A DNA stretch of 63,424 nucleotides, filler included, from Octopus bimaculoides (lineage: Eukaryota), in NCBI RefSeq assembly GCF_001194135.2. It is 6 parts of 6 records of this genome, joined end to end, with 100 filler letters (N's around TTAATTAATTAA, not from the genome) between each part and the next. Parts side by side here need not be neighbours in the genome. Positions count along the whole stretch, not along the records: positions 44,147 to 54,586 come from NC_068992.1; positions 54,687 to 56,156 come from NC_068994.1; positions 56,257 to 59,416 come from NW_026302893.1; positions 59,517 to 63,424 come from NC_069003.1; 2 more parts are not named here. The stretch is one strand, 5' to 3'. Below, one piece after another: positions 52,081 to 63,424 of the stretch. The notes below the pieces were generated by a model. It saw only the letters and a program-made list of their open reading frames with translations. It had not been told where the DNA came from and searched no databases. The position numbers and the translations under genes are program-made. The first letter of the stretch is position 1, and every line of letters begins with the position of its first letter.

Positions 52081-52404
52081 TTATTCGTTTACTTGTTTAA
52101 GTTATTTTGACTGTGACCAAACTGGAGCACCACCTTTTTTAGTCGAAGAAATTGACCCCTGGACTTATTCTTTGTAATCCTGGANNNNNNNNNNNNNNNN
52201 NNNNNNNNNNNNNNNNNNNNNNNNNNNNNNNNNNNNNNNNNNNNNNNNNNNNNNNNNNNNNNNNNNNNNNNNNNNNNNNNNNNNNNNNNNNNNNNNNNNN
52301 NNNNNNNNNNNNNNNNNNNNNNNNNNNNNNNNNNNNNNNNNNNNNNNNNNNNNNNNNNNNNNNNNNNNNNNNNNNNNNNNNNNNNNNNNNNNNNNNNNNN
52401 NNNN

Positions 52405-52452
<48 letters not shown>

Positions 52453-52612
52453 TACGGTCTACTTTCAGTTTCCGTCTACCAAATCCACTCACAAGGCTTT
52501 CATCGACCCGAGGACTTAGCAGAAGACACTTACCCAAGGTGCCACGTAGATGGACTGAACCCCGAACCATGCGGTCGGTTGGGAAACACACTTCTTACCA
52601 CACAGCCATGCC
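52081..52612 (-). mobile_element. SINE family B spanning an N gap
   Basis: 3' part at 52081-52184 and 5' half at 52455-52612 are on the same strand around the gap. Confidence 0.85.
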
Positions 52613-53464
52613 TACACACAGACACAGACATACAGACACAGACATACAGACAGACATACAGACAGACATACAGACACAGAGAGACACACACACGTAGACA
52701 CACACACACACACACAAACATACGCACACACGCACGCGCACGCGCACGCGCACACGCACACACACACACACAAACCTTTTTTGTTGTTGCATCTCCAAAT
52801 CTGTTATAACGAAGTGGTGTTGTTCTTATTTTCGATATCAGCTCTCCGTTAACGATATCTGCCATATCAAATTTTTCTAATAGAATTAGGATTGTGATGA
52901 AAGAATAGGAAATTAGACTGAAATTATCTTTTAACTGCAAATGATTTGAAATTCTCCATTTCTTTCCTTTTGTTCGAGGCGTAAACAATATAAAAATCGT
53001 ATTTATAAATTATATTCCTTGTAAACGCAGCCTAGTAGAAGAGGTATTTGTTGTAGGTCTTTGTTTCTGTGTTCAAATCCCATCCGCTTGTTTTCCATTC
53101 CAGGGTCACTGAAATTATGTAGCAGTCAAGCATTGAGGTTGACGGGATCGAATAACTCCCTCTCTTTTGTTTTCAAAACTGTACCAAAATTAGGAACAAT
53201 TACAAAGGAAAGAATAGAAAATCTTTTACAGAGTCTTTCCAGTTTTGTCTCTTGTTCTCACCCGATTCGGAGTTCCTGCAAAAGTTTATTGGTAGTATGT
53301 TCTTTAAATTAAAACTAAAAGACAATATGTCCAAACATGCATACATACATACATACATACATACATACATACATGTATACTTACACACACACAAACACGT
53401 ACATATATATATATATGCACATATCTCTCTTTCTCTCTTTCTCTCCCCATGTATATTGATATGT

Positions 53465-53630
53465 AGCGTAGCTGTGTGGTAACAAGTTTGCTTTCCAACC
53501 GTATTTCCAATTGTCTTGGTTTCAGTTCCGTTTCATGGCACCTTGAGCAAGTGTCTTCTACTCTCGATCCAGTCCGAACAAAGCCTTGCGAATAGATTTG
53601 GTAGACAGAAACTGAAAGAAGCCTGTCGTT
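53465..53630 (+). mobile_element. SINE family B, 5' half
   Basis: GCTGTGTGGTAACAAG...GGCACCTTGAGCAAGTGTCTTCTAC...GGTAGACAGAAACTGAAAGAAGCC. Confidence 0.85.
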
Positions 53631-54284
53631 TAGTTTACACATACACACACACACGTATATATATAAGNNNNNNNNNNNNNNNNNNNNNNNNNNNNNNNNN
53701 NNNNNNNNNNNNNNNNNNNNNNNNNNNNNNNNNNNNNNNNNNNNNNNNNNNNNNNNNNNNNNNNNNNNNNNNNNNNNNNNNNNNNNNNNNNNNNNNNNNN
53801 NNNNNNNNNNNNNNNNNNNNNNNNNNNNNNNNNNNNNNNNNNNNNNNNNNNNNNNNNNNNNNNNNNNNNNNNNNNNNNNNNNNNNNNNNNNNNNNNNNNN
53901 NNNNNNNNNNNNNNNNNNNNNNNNNNNNNNNNNNNNNNNNNNNNNNNNNNNNNNNNNNNNNNNNNNNNNNNNNNNNNNNNNNNNGTGTGATGTACAGAAT
54001 TGAATATTAAGAAAAAGAAAGGGTCGTCAGAATTTTGGAAAAAAATGCTTTTATTTCTTTTTTATTATTAGCTCTTTCGTTCCTTTCTCGAACTTGTCAA
54101 ATGCAATTATGTGTATGTACAAACAGCTTGTTCATTTATCTAAAAAAGATGTTTTGGGGGAGTTTTGTTTAGAAGAGAACAATGTTTTTGTTTTTGTTTT
54201 TTGGGGTGAGGTTCCAAGACAATGGAGATGGATAAATAGAAATATAGATAGAAATATTGGTAGATAGATAGATAGGTAGGTAGG

Positions 54285-54331
<47 letters not shown>

Positions 54332-54710
54332 GTAGATAGATAGATAGATAGATAGATAGTCAGACAGATAGACAGGTGGGTAGGGGGAAGAGAGAGAGAG
54401 AGAGAGAGAGAGAGAAGGGGTATCCACCTTCCTATTCACCATTCATTCATATATTTAATTATTTTTTCCTTTACCATTGTATTGGAATGGCTTTAAGGAT
54501 GTTGACCACTAGAAAAAAACAAAAAAACAAAACAGGTGTGGTTTGGTCATTACTGGAAGTCTTTTTGCTTTCTTTCTATCTCTTTTNNNNNNNNNNNNNN
54601 NNNNNNNNNNNNNNNNNNNNNNNNNNNNNNTTAATTAATTAANNNNNNNNNNNNNNNNNNNNNNNNNNNNNNNNNNNNNNNNNNNNATTTCATTTGTTTT
54701 ATAGCTTTTG

Positions 54711-54785
<75 letters not shown>

Positions 54786-54807
54786 TATTATTATTATTAT
54801 TTTCTAT

Positions 54808-55720
54808 TCTGAATTCAAATTCCGTTGAGGTCAACTTTGCCTTTCATCCGCCCGGGATCGATAAATTAAGTACCAGTGAAACACAGGGGTCAATGTAATT
54901 GACTTGTCCCCTCCCGCCAAATTTCAGGATTTGTGCCTTTAATAGAAAGGATTGCAATTCCGCCAAGGTCGACTTTGCCTTTCATCCTTTCGTGGTCAAT
55001 AAAATAGCTATCACTTGAGGACTGGGGTCGATGTAATCGATTTACCCCTTTCATCGAACTTGCAGGCCTTGTGCCAAAAGTTGAAACCATTATTTTTATT
55101 GTTATTATTATTAAAAAGGTGGCTAGTTAGAAGAATCGTTAGTATGCCTAACAAAATGCTAAACAGCATTTCGTCCATATTTACGTCCTGAGTTCAAATT
55201 TCGCTGAGGTCCACTTCGCCATTCATCCTTTCGGGGGTTGGTGAAATAAGTACCAATCGAACACGAGCGACGCTGTAATCGACTAGCCCCTCCCATAAAA
55301 CTTCAGATCTTGTGCCTATAACAGAAAGGATTATTATTTTTAGAAAATCAGTATAGCTCATTGTACTTGTCCCGCTTCTGTAAGTTCAAATCTCGCTGAC
55401 ATCAGCTTCACCATCCATCTTTTCGAGGACGATAAAATAAAGGACCAAGCCAACACGTTCTTCCTAAATTCTGGCCTTGAGACCGTATAGGAAACGCATG
55501 TTACTACTGGTTGATTGCCTTTGTTGATGGTGTCCCATAAATTATCTACCAGTGTTTAGTTGCAGGCCTTTAGGCTCTGGTTTCAAATCCCATCGAAGTT
55601 AACTCCGTTTTTTTTTTCCGAGGTCGATAAAACTATCGCAATCAAGAGATGAGATCGAATTTATCGATTAATAACCAACCTACCTTCATACCCAAAATTT
55701 TAAACTCGTGCCTATGTTAA
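54808..55720 (+). mobile_element. Head-to-tail cluster of about five SINE C copies
   Basis: The core TTCAAAT..CG..GAGGTC.AC recurs at about 54810, 54956, 55190, 55383 and 55583, with ATT-rich linkers. Confidence 0.8.
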
Positions 55721-55848
55721 AAATCATCATCATCAATACTAGAATAATGTATTAAATAGCAGTTATATTTTAATGCCTTTTCTACCCATGAAATCGGAGC
55801 TGCGACCATACTAGAGCACTGTATATATACACACTCACATATATACAA

Positions 55849-55910
<62 letters not shown>

Positions 55911-55930
55911 ATACGTGTATATATATATAT

Positions 55931-55975
<45 letters not shown>

Positions 55976-55977
55976 CA

Positions 55978-56013
<36 letters not shown>

Positions 56014-56081
56014 TATATTATATATATATATATACACACACACATATACATATATATACATACTTATATATATATACATGC

Positions 56082-56156
<75 letters not shown>

Positions 56157-56256
56157 NNNNNNNNNNNNNNNNNNNNNNNNNNNNNNNNNNNNNNNNNNNN
56201 TTAATTAATTAANNNNNNNNNNNNNNNNNNNNNNNNNNNNNNNNNNNNNNNNNNNN

Positions 56257-56672
56257 GCGAAGAGATGCTGAAAAGTTCATTACTTTAAGGGCATCACGAA
56301 AGGCCTGGTTGGAGGCCCAGCCTTCCGAGTTCTTTTACAAGGCTTCGAAAAACTAATGGACCGCTGTAGTAAGTGTGCGAATCTGAGAGGGGAATATGTT
56401 AAATAATATCATAATTAATTGTTAGTACGCCGGGCTAAATGCTGAGCGGTATCTCGTCTTTCTTTACGTACTGAGTTCAAATTCCAAGAGTCATTTTGCT
56501 TTTCATCCTTTCGAGGTCGATAAATTAAGTATTAGTCGCGTACTGGGGTTGATCTAATCAACTGGTCCCCTTCCCCAAAATTTCAGGCCTTGTACCTGGA
56601 GTAGAAAGAATATCATAATTAATTAATCCTGCTCTTACCCAAAACCAGCAACTTTTCAGCACCCTTTCGTTA
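56257..56672 (+). mobile_element. Internally deleted mariner with both TIRs, interrupted by a SINE
   Basis: Left TIR GCGAAGAGATGCTGAAAAGTTC (next to an N gap), right TIR GCAACTTTTCAGCACCCTTTCGT. Internal KAWLEAQPSE/GFEKLMDRCSKCANLRGEYVK* is the transposase C-terminus. Confidence 0.8.
56421..56608 (+). mobile_element. 5'-truncated SINE C with 16-bp target-site duplication
   Basis: AATATCATAATTAATT occurs at 56405-56420 and at 56609-56624. Confidence 0.9.
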
Positions 56673-56986
56673 TCGAATAACCCACTTCCGTAATATTTCA
56701 GGCCTTGTAGTATAGCCCCAAAATTTTTTCCTATGGACCCCTTTATCCTCTATTTTAATCGGGTGGGCTCTCATAACCAGTTGATGTTTGAAAAATACAA
56801 TTATTTTTTATATAATTGAATATTCTTAGAATTTGTATAAAGAATATTGCAGAAATATTTTGGGTATTTTAGAAGCATAACCAATATACTACACATAAAC
56901 TTTAACAGCAAAATCTCATATGGACCGACCCTAATGGACATAAGGGCCCCGGCAGGGAACCATTGCAGTAGTAGAAAAACATTAGT

Positions 56987-57333
56987 GTTATTATTGTTCA
57001 ACAAGGTAATCGATTAACCAGTTGATCAATAATCAATACCTCGATTATTCGTTTGAACAATCAATCAATCTGTCGGTTATTCAGCCATATCGTGACCATT
57101 TCCCGACTCATCATTGACATACCCTCATTTGTTCACGTCTTCCATGGAGCGTTGAAGGCATGTCATCAATGTGGGTGGAATGAAGCCATGCCACTGATGA
57201 GGGTGGGCTTGGCGCTGAAAATACCCTCTAAAAAGCTAGGTGGTTGATTGATTGATTAGCTGGTTAAACTATTAATAGTAATGCAATTGATTGATCAATT
57301 GGCTGATTGATTACCTTGTTAACTAATAATAAC
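56987..57333. repeat. Imperfect inverted repeat (MITE/foldback-like)
   Basis: 56987-57070 versus the reverse complement of 57246-57333; the outer 44 nt match at 37 positions. Confidence 0.7.
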
Positions 57334-57419
57334 AACAAAATAACAACACCGTCAACATCAGTAACAACCACCACTGCCGCAACCACCATCTAGAAAAAAT
57401 ACAACGCTACTCTTAACAA

Positions 57420-57637
57420 TAATAATGATTTCGGTTTTTAGGAGAAGACCATCCATTTCTGGAAAGGGGATAAGTCGATCACATTGACCCCAGTACTCAA
57501 TTGATACTTATTCTGTTGACCCCGCAGACGAAAAAGGCTAAGCCGATCTCAGCGGAATTTGAACTCAGAGCATAAAGAGAGACGAAATGCAACCAAGCAT
57601 TTCGCCTGACTTGCGTAAAATTCTGTCGGCTTGTCGA
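57420..57637 (-). mobile_element. Old SINE family C copy
   Basis: GATCTCAGCGGAATTTGAACTCAGAG...GACGAAATG and GACCCCAGTACTCAA landmarks. Confidence 0.75.
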
Positions 57638-57788
57638 ATAATATCAGTGAAATAAAAAGAAGTAGATGCACATTTTGTTAGAACAATGAGCTTTCCAAAA
57701 TACTCTTGTTTTTACATGCAGAAACTACCAAATCGAATAACCCCAAAAATACGTATATATCTATGAAGAGAGAGAGAGAGTAAGAAAG

Positions 57789-57835
<47 letters not shown>

Positions 57836-57837
<2 letters not shown>

Positions 57838-58018
57838 GTGAGGGCACGTGGCTTAGTGGTTAGGGTGTTGCATTCACGATCTAGCGATCGCTAACGATTC
57901 ATGATTCCGGTTCCTAACACTGGATGGTGCATTATGTTCTTGAGCAAAAACGCTTCATCTCTGTGATCACTTCGACACCTGACCCGTGGTATACATTTGC
58001 GACTTTTCAGACAACTTC
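57836..58018 (+). mobile_element. SINE family D 5' part
   Basis: GAGGGCACGTGGCTTAGTGGTTAGGGTG head similar to the one at 20990-21058. Confidence 0.65.
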
Positions 58019-58621
58019 NNNNNNNNNNNNNNNNNNNNNNNNNNNNNNNNNNNNNNNNNNNNNNNNNNNNNNNNNNNNNNNNNNNNNNNNNNNNNNNNNN
58101 NNNNNNNNNNNNNNNNNNNNNNNNNNNNNNNNNNNNNNNNNNNNNNNNNNNNNNNNNNNNNNNNNNNNNNNNNNNNNNNNNNNNNNNNNNNNNNNNNNNN
58201 NNNNNNNNNNNNNNNNNNNNNNNNNNNNNNNNNNNNNNNNNNNNNNNNNNNNNNNNNNNNNNNNNNNNNNNNNNNNNNNNNNNNNNNNNNNNNNNNNNNN
58301 NNNNNNNNNNNNNNNNNNNNNNNNNNNNNNNNNNNNNNNNNNNNNNNNNNNNNNNNNNNNNNNNNNNNNNNNNNNNNNNNNNNNNNNNNNNNNNNNNNNN
58401 NNNNNNNNNNNNNNNNNNNNNNNNNNNNNNNNNNNNNNNNNNNNNNNNNNNNNNNNNNNNNNNNNNNNNNNNNNNNNNNNNNNNNNNNNNNNNNNNNNNN
58501 NNNNNNNNNNNNNNNNNNNNNNNNNNNNNNNNNNNNNNNNNNNNNNNNNNNNNNNNNNNNNNNNNNNNNNNNNNNNNNNNNNNNNNNNNNNNNNNNNNNN
58601 NNNNNNNNNNNNNNNNNNNNN

Positions 58622-58668
<47 letters not shown>

Positions 58669-58980
58669 ATATACATATGTACACATACTTATTTACGTTT
58701 ACATGTGTGTGCATATAGACATTGCATGTATATACATACTTCTGTGTGTGTGTGTGTGCATATATTCAAATAAGCAACGCTTTATGAGTCATGTTGTTGG
58801 ATGGCGCAACATAAAAACAACTGCACTCTGTGTGTGGCTAATTTATATATATATGTATATATGTATAAGTATGTATATGTACACGAACATACTTATATAT
58901 AAACACACGTATATATACGTACATACAAAATTATTAATATATATGTATATGTATATGCATATATATATGTAGATATATAA

Positions 58981-59039
<59 letters not shown>

Positions 59040-59376
59040 CAATACATGTATATATATGTAGGTGTGTATATGCATGTATAATTCATGTATTTATTTGAAA
59101 ATGTTATGCCTATGTATTTATATTCATTAGATGGAAACAATTTGAAAATATATATATGCGTGTCTATTTCCGGTATGCATATATATATATATATATATAT
59201 ATATGCATAATTAAGACTACAGATAAACATCAATAAGCGGACGTACACAAATGCTTAGAATATATAACATACATATCTCCTATATCTAAAAATCCAATAC
59301 ATACATGTATATATATGAATGTGATCTATTTCTAAAGATTCATATGCGTGTGTGTGTGCGTCTGTGTGCGTATACA

Positions 59377-59412
<36 letters not shown>

Positions 59413-59516
59413 TATANNNNNNNNNNNNNNNNNNNNNNNNNNNNNNNNNNNNNNNNNNNNTTAATTAATTAANNNNNNNNNNNNNNNNNNNNNNNNNNNN
59501 NNNNNNNNNNNNNNNN

Positions 59517-59824
59517 TCACGAGCGGTTCTTTCAGCTATGGCACCCTCTCCATACACAGCACAAATGTTGCGAGCAGCTTTTGCGGCCTTAGAACCTTGA
59601 TTAAAAGCAAAAAGAAGGAGGTATCGAAAATGCTCGTTTTTCTTAACTTGACATTCCATTTTAATGATTTGAAAATAAACAAAAATTAACTAAAATTAAT
59701 AGAAAAAAAAAAAGATTCAAAAATGATTCAAAAATGGAATACTTGGAAAAAATAGATTCCAAAATTTAAAAACGCAATAAATTCCAAAATTTAAAAAAAC
59801 GGGAACTTTGTTGCCAACCCAATA
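59517..59824 (-). mobile_element. Mariner 5' end: TIR plus transposase N-terminus
   Basis: TIR ATTGGGTTGGCAACAAAGTTCCC next to TA. ORF from 59659 reads MECQVKKNEHFRYLLLFAFNQGSKAAKAARNICAVYGEGAIAERTAR and is cut by a gap. Confidence 0.9.
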
Positions 59825-60230
59825 TATATAAATATACGCTCATACATATATATAGCCATAAAAACATACACACACACATACTCAGACACACCCACATATA
59901 TGTACATACGTGTATGCGTGTATGTGTGTATGTGTGTATGTATGTTTGTGTGTGTGTGTGTATGTTTATGTGCGTATGGCCTTTATTAAGAACAAAATCT
60001 GTGTATTCGTGCGCGCACGCGTGTTTGTGTGTGTGCGTGCGTGCTTGTCGTTAGTGTATGTGTGCATAAGTATGAACGCACAAAAAGCATTTCTGAAGCG
60101 TAAGACAATGTGCCAGATGTTTGGAAGCATAAATTCCACCACCACCACGAGCCGTAGCAGCACCACCATCACCACCACTACGACCTAGACTACTCCCATC
60201 ACCAGCACCATCACGACCACTACCACCACC

Positions 60231-60264
<34 letters not shown>

Positions 60265-60669
60265 TCAGAACGACAATTACTGCCACCACCATCACCACGA
60301 AGACCACCACCATCAACACCAGCATCATTGCCACCATTCCGACCACCACAACCGTCAAGATCTTCACCATCACCACCNNNNNNNNNNNNNNNNNNNNNNN
60401 NNNNNNNNNNNNNNNNNNNNNNNNNNNNNNNNNNNNNNNNNNNNNNNNNNNNNNNNNNNNNNNNNNNNNNNNNNNNNNNNNNNNNNNNNNNNNNNNNNNN
60501 NNNNNNNNNNNNNNNNNNNNNNNNNNNNNNNNNNNNNNNNNNNNNNNNNNNNNNNNNNNNNNNNNNNNNNNNNNNNNNNNNNNNNNNNNNNNNNNNNNNN
60601 NNNNNNNNNNNNNNNNNNNNNNNNNNNNNNNNNNNNNNNNNNNNNNNNNNNNNNNNNNNNNNNNNNNNA

Positions 60670-61190
60670 AGAAGAAGAAGAAGAAGAAGAAGAAGAAGAA
60701 GAAGAAGAAGAAGAAGGAGGAGAAGAAGAAGGAGAAGAAGAAGAAGAAGAAGAAGAAGAAGGAGAAGAAGGAGAAGAAGGAGAAGAAGGAGAAGAAGAAG
60801 AAGAAGAAGGAGAAGAAGGAGAAGAAGAAGAAAAAGAAGAAGAAGGAGAAGGAGAAGAAGAAGGAGAAGAAGAAGAAGAAGGAGAAGGAGAAGAAGGAGG
60901 AGAAGAAGAAGAAGAAGAAGAAGAAGAAGAAGGAGAAGAAGTAGAAGAAGCAGGAGAAGGAGAAGAAGAAGAAGAAGAAGAAGAAGGAGAAGAAGGAGAA
61001 GTAGAAGAAGAAGAAGAAGAAGGAGGAGAAGAAGAAGAAGAAGAAGAAGGAGAAGAAGGAGAAGAAGAAGAAGAAGAAGGAGGAGAAGAAGAAGAAGAAG
61101 AAGAAGAAAAAGAAGAAGAATAAGAATAATAATAATAATAATAATAATAATAAGAAGAAGAAGAAGAAGAAGAAGGATAGGATGATAATG
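60670..61190. repeat. Long (GAA/GGA)n polypurine tract
   Basis: Direct reading; includes a short internal (TAA)n. Confidence 0.95.
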
Positions 61191-61743
61191 ATGAAGAAGA
61201 AGAATGGAAGAAGAAGAATTGAAGAGGGCGAAAGAAAGACGGAAAGGAGCACAGAAACGAGGAATAGAAAAAAAGAAGGAAGGAAAGAAAAATGAATGAA
61301 AAGAACAGTAGTAGTAGTAGTTGTAGGAGGAGGAGGAGGAGGTGAAGGAGGTGAAGGAGGTGGAGACGGTGCGGTTGAGGAACAGAACAATTGGGGTCTT
61401 ATTCGGGTTGCCATTTAGACGGAAGCGACTCTGATAAATATGAACGGAACGTATGCTGGAAGAATGTTGGGAAACGTTGTAAAGATGGTGGCTGTGGTAG
61501 TTGGACGGCGGTAGTGGCGATGGCTGTCCTGATGTTCCTGTGGTAGTGGTGGTGGTGGTGGTGGTAGTGGTGGTGGTGGTAGTGGTAGTGGTTGTGGTGG
61601 TAGTGTTGGTAGCGGTAGTGATGGTGGCAGTAGTGGTGGTGGTGACAGTAGTTATGGTGGTGCTGGCGATGGTGGTGACGAGGTGACTGAGTTTATATTT
61701 GCGTGGGTGGCTATATTTAGGAAGTTTAGAGATAGGTAAAGTA

Positions 61744-61782
<39 letters not shown>

Positions 61783-62420
61783 GTGATGAATATGATGATG
61801 ATGGTGGTGATGATGATGATGATGATGAAGGGCTGCTAAGAAGTGAGAGCGTTTTGTGAAGTTATCGAAAGCATTGAACTTCCTTGGAGCATTCTAGAAA
61901 ATACCTGCATATAAGGAATTTTAAAACACCCTACACATACACATGCACATACACAAACACACATACACATTTATATATACGCGTGCTCGCCCAATAAATG
62001 AATACACACATGTGCACACGCACGGATACACATCAATATTCACACAAACATATATACATACAGATACGCACGCACACGAATAAATACATATACAAACATA
62101 CGTACATGCGTACATGCATACGCACATCCACATACACACACACATATACATACACAAACACACATATTTATATGTATGAGGCGAATTTCTATTTTTTCGC
62201 AATTCGAATTTCACGTCATAGAGATCTTCAGCCTAAAGATCGTTATGGCATGAAACTTGAGTTGCGAGAAAAATACAGTCAGTTTAAATAAATAATGTAC
62301 TAAAATATATGTTAGGTACTTTCTTATTTTGTTGACAAAACGAGCATATTTGAGTGTGCACAAACACACACAAACACACACACACTTAGATACATAGATA
62401 CATACATATATACATTCATA

Positions 62421-62742
62421 CGGGCCGACCAAAGCCTTGTGAGTGGATTTGGTAGACGGAAACTGAAAGAAGCCCGCCGTATATATGTATATATATATAT
62501 AAATATGTGTGTTTGTGTGTCTGTGTTTGTCCCCCCAACATCGCTTGACAACCGACGCTGGTGTGTTTACGTTCCCGTAACTTAGCAGTTCGGCAAAAAG
62601 AGACCGATAGAATAAGTACTAGGCTTACAAAGAATAAGTCCTGGGGTCGATTTGCTCGACTATAAAGGCAGTGCTCCAGCATGGCCGCAGTCAAATGACT
62701 GAAACAAGTAAAAGAGTAAAAGAGTAAAAGAGTAAAGAGTAA
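62421..62742 (+). mobile_element. SINE family B, 5'-truncated, young, (AAAGAGT)n tail
   Basis: Close match to the other family B copies; tail AAGTAAAAGAGTAAAAGAGTAAAAGAGT. Confidence 0.92.
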
Positions 62743-62904
62743 CTGTAGTCTGTTGAAGCCCACCCCGTCGAAACTCCTAATAAACCTTCCAACATTGACA
62801 ACATCATTAACAACAATAGAGATAACAATAACAACGACAACAACAACATTATAAGCAATAACAACTATTTAACACTGACAATAAACATTATCAGCGAGAA
62901 CAGC

Positions 62905-62950
62905 GCCCCACAGCCCCACGGCCCCACGGCCCCACGGCCCCACGGCCCCT
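62905..62950 (-). repeat. 8-bp GC-rich tandem repeat with G-quadruplex potential
   Basis: Six CCCC runs at 8-nt period on the + strand, i.e. (GTGGGGCC)n on the minus strand. Confidence 0.8.
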
Positions 62951-63280
62951 GCACCTTCTTCCTCCCGTTACCTTCCTTTTCAAACCTCCCCCTCTCTTTT
63001 CNNNNNNNNNNNNNNNNNNNNNNNNNNNNNNNNNNNNNNNNNNNNNNNNNNNNNNNNNNNNNNNNNNNNNNNNNNNNNNNNNNNNNNNNNNNNNNNNNNN
63101 NNNNNNNNNNNNNNNNNNNNNNNNNNNNNNNNNNNNNNNNNNNNNNNNNNNNNATTATCAGTATGTGTAGTTTGTCTGAGCATGTATGTATGTGTGTATA
63201 TATATGCGTGTATATATATGCGTGATGTTATGTATGTATGTATGCCTGTATGTATGTACTTATTATGTATGTGTGTATTA

Positions 63281-63316
<36 letters not shown>

Positions 63317-63424
63317 CGTATGTATGTATGTAGATATAGGTAGATAAGTAGGTATGGCGGTATGTATTAATATATGTATGTGTATATATATGAATGTATG
63401 TATGTATGTATGTATGTATGTGTG

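Noticed and set aside
53061-53312. 83-aa plus-strand ORF after an acceptor-like site
   Set aside because: No recognisable domain and no convincing donor; unsupported.
60185-61414. 409-aa and 285-aa ORFs (poly-F, poly-R)
   Set aside because: Translations of GAA, ACC and N tracts with no coding signal.

Overview
Eukaryotic genomic DNA, not prokaryotic. It is AT-rich, dense in microsatellites ((TA)n, (CA)n, (TATG)n, (TATC)n, (TAA)n, (GAA)n) and roughly 15% N gaps. The repeat complement is most consistent with an octopus or other coleoid cephalopod draft assembly; this is inference from recalled repeat families, not a database result. Nearly all ORFs in the supplied track are microsatellite or N artefacts, and no host gene can be named. 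The window holds many copies of about four tRNA-derived SINE families, here labelled A-D (my own labels). It also holds decayed fragments of a Gypsy integrase, R4/Dong-type and other RLE LINEs, RTE LINEs, a Penelope GIY-YIG domain and four mariner pieces. The most interesting signal is a set of short, apparently non-coding elements from several unrelated families, each carrying a minimal type-I hammerhead-ribozyme motif (CUGANGA-stem II-GAAAC-palindromic stem III-NUH). Most end in or near (TA)n tracts. One copy has a fully canonical core (51909-51943) and one lies in the arm of a near-perfect 75-bp hairpin (3096-3270). A possible minus-strand host gene is suggested by a signal-peptide-like exon (32446-32509) and a phase-compatible 15-nt microexon (24246-24260), but this is weak. 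All coordinates were counted by eye, so element boundaries are approximate.
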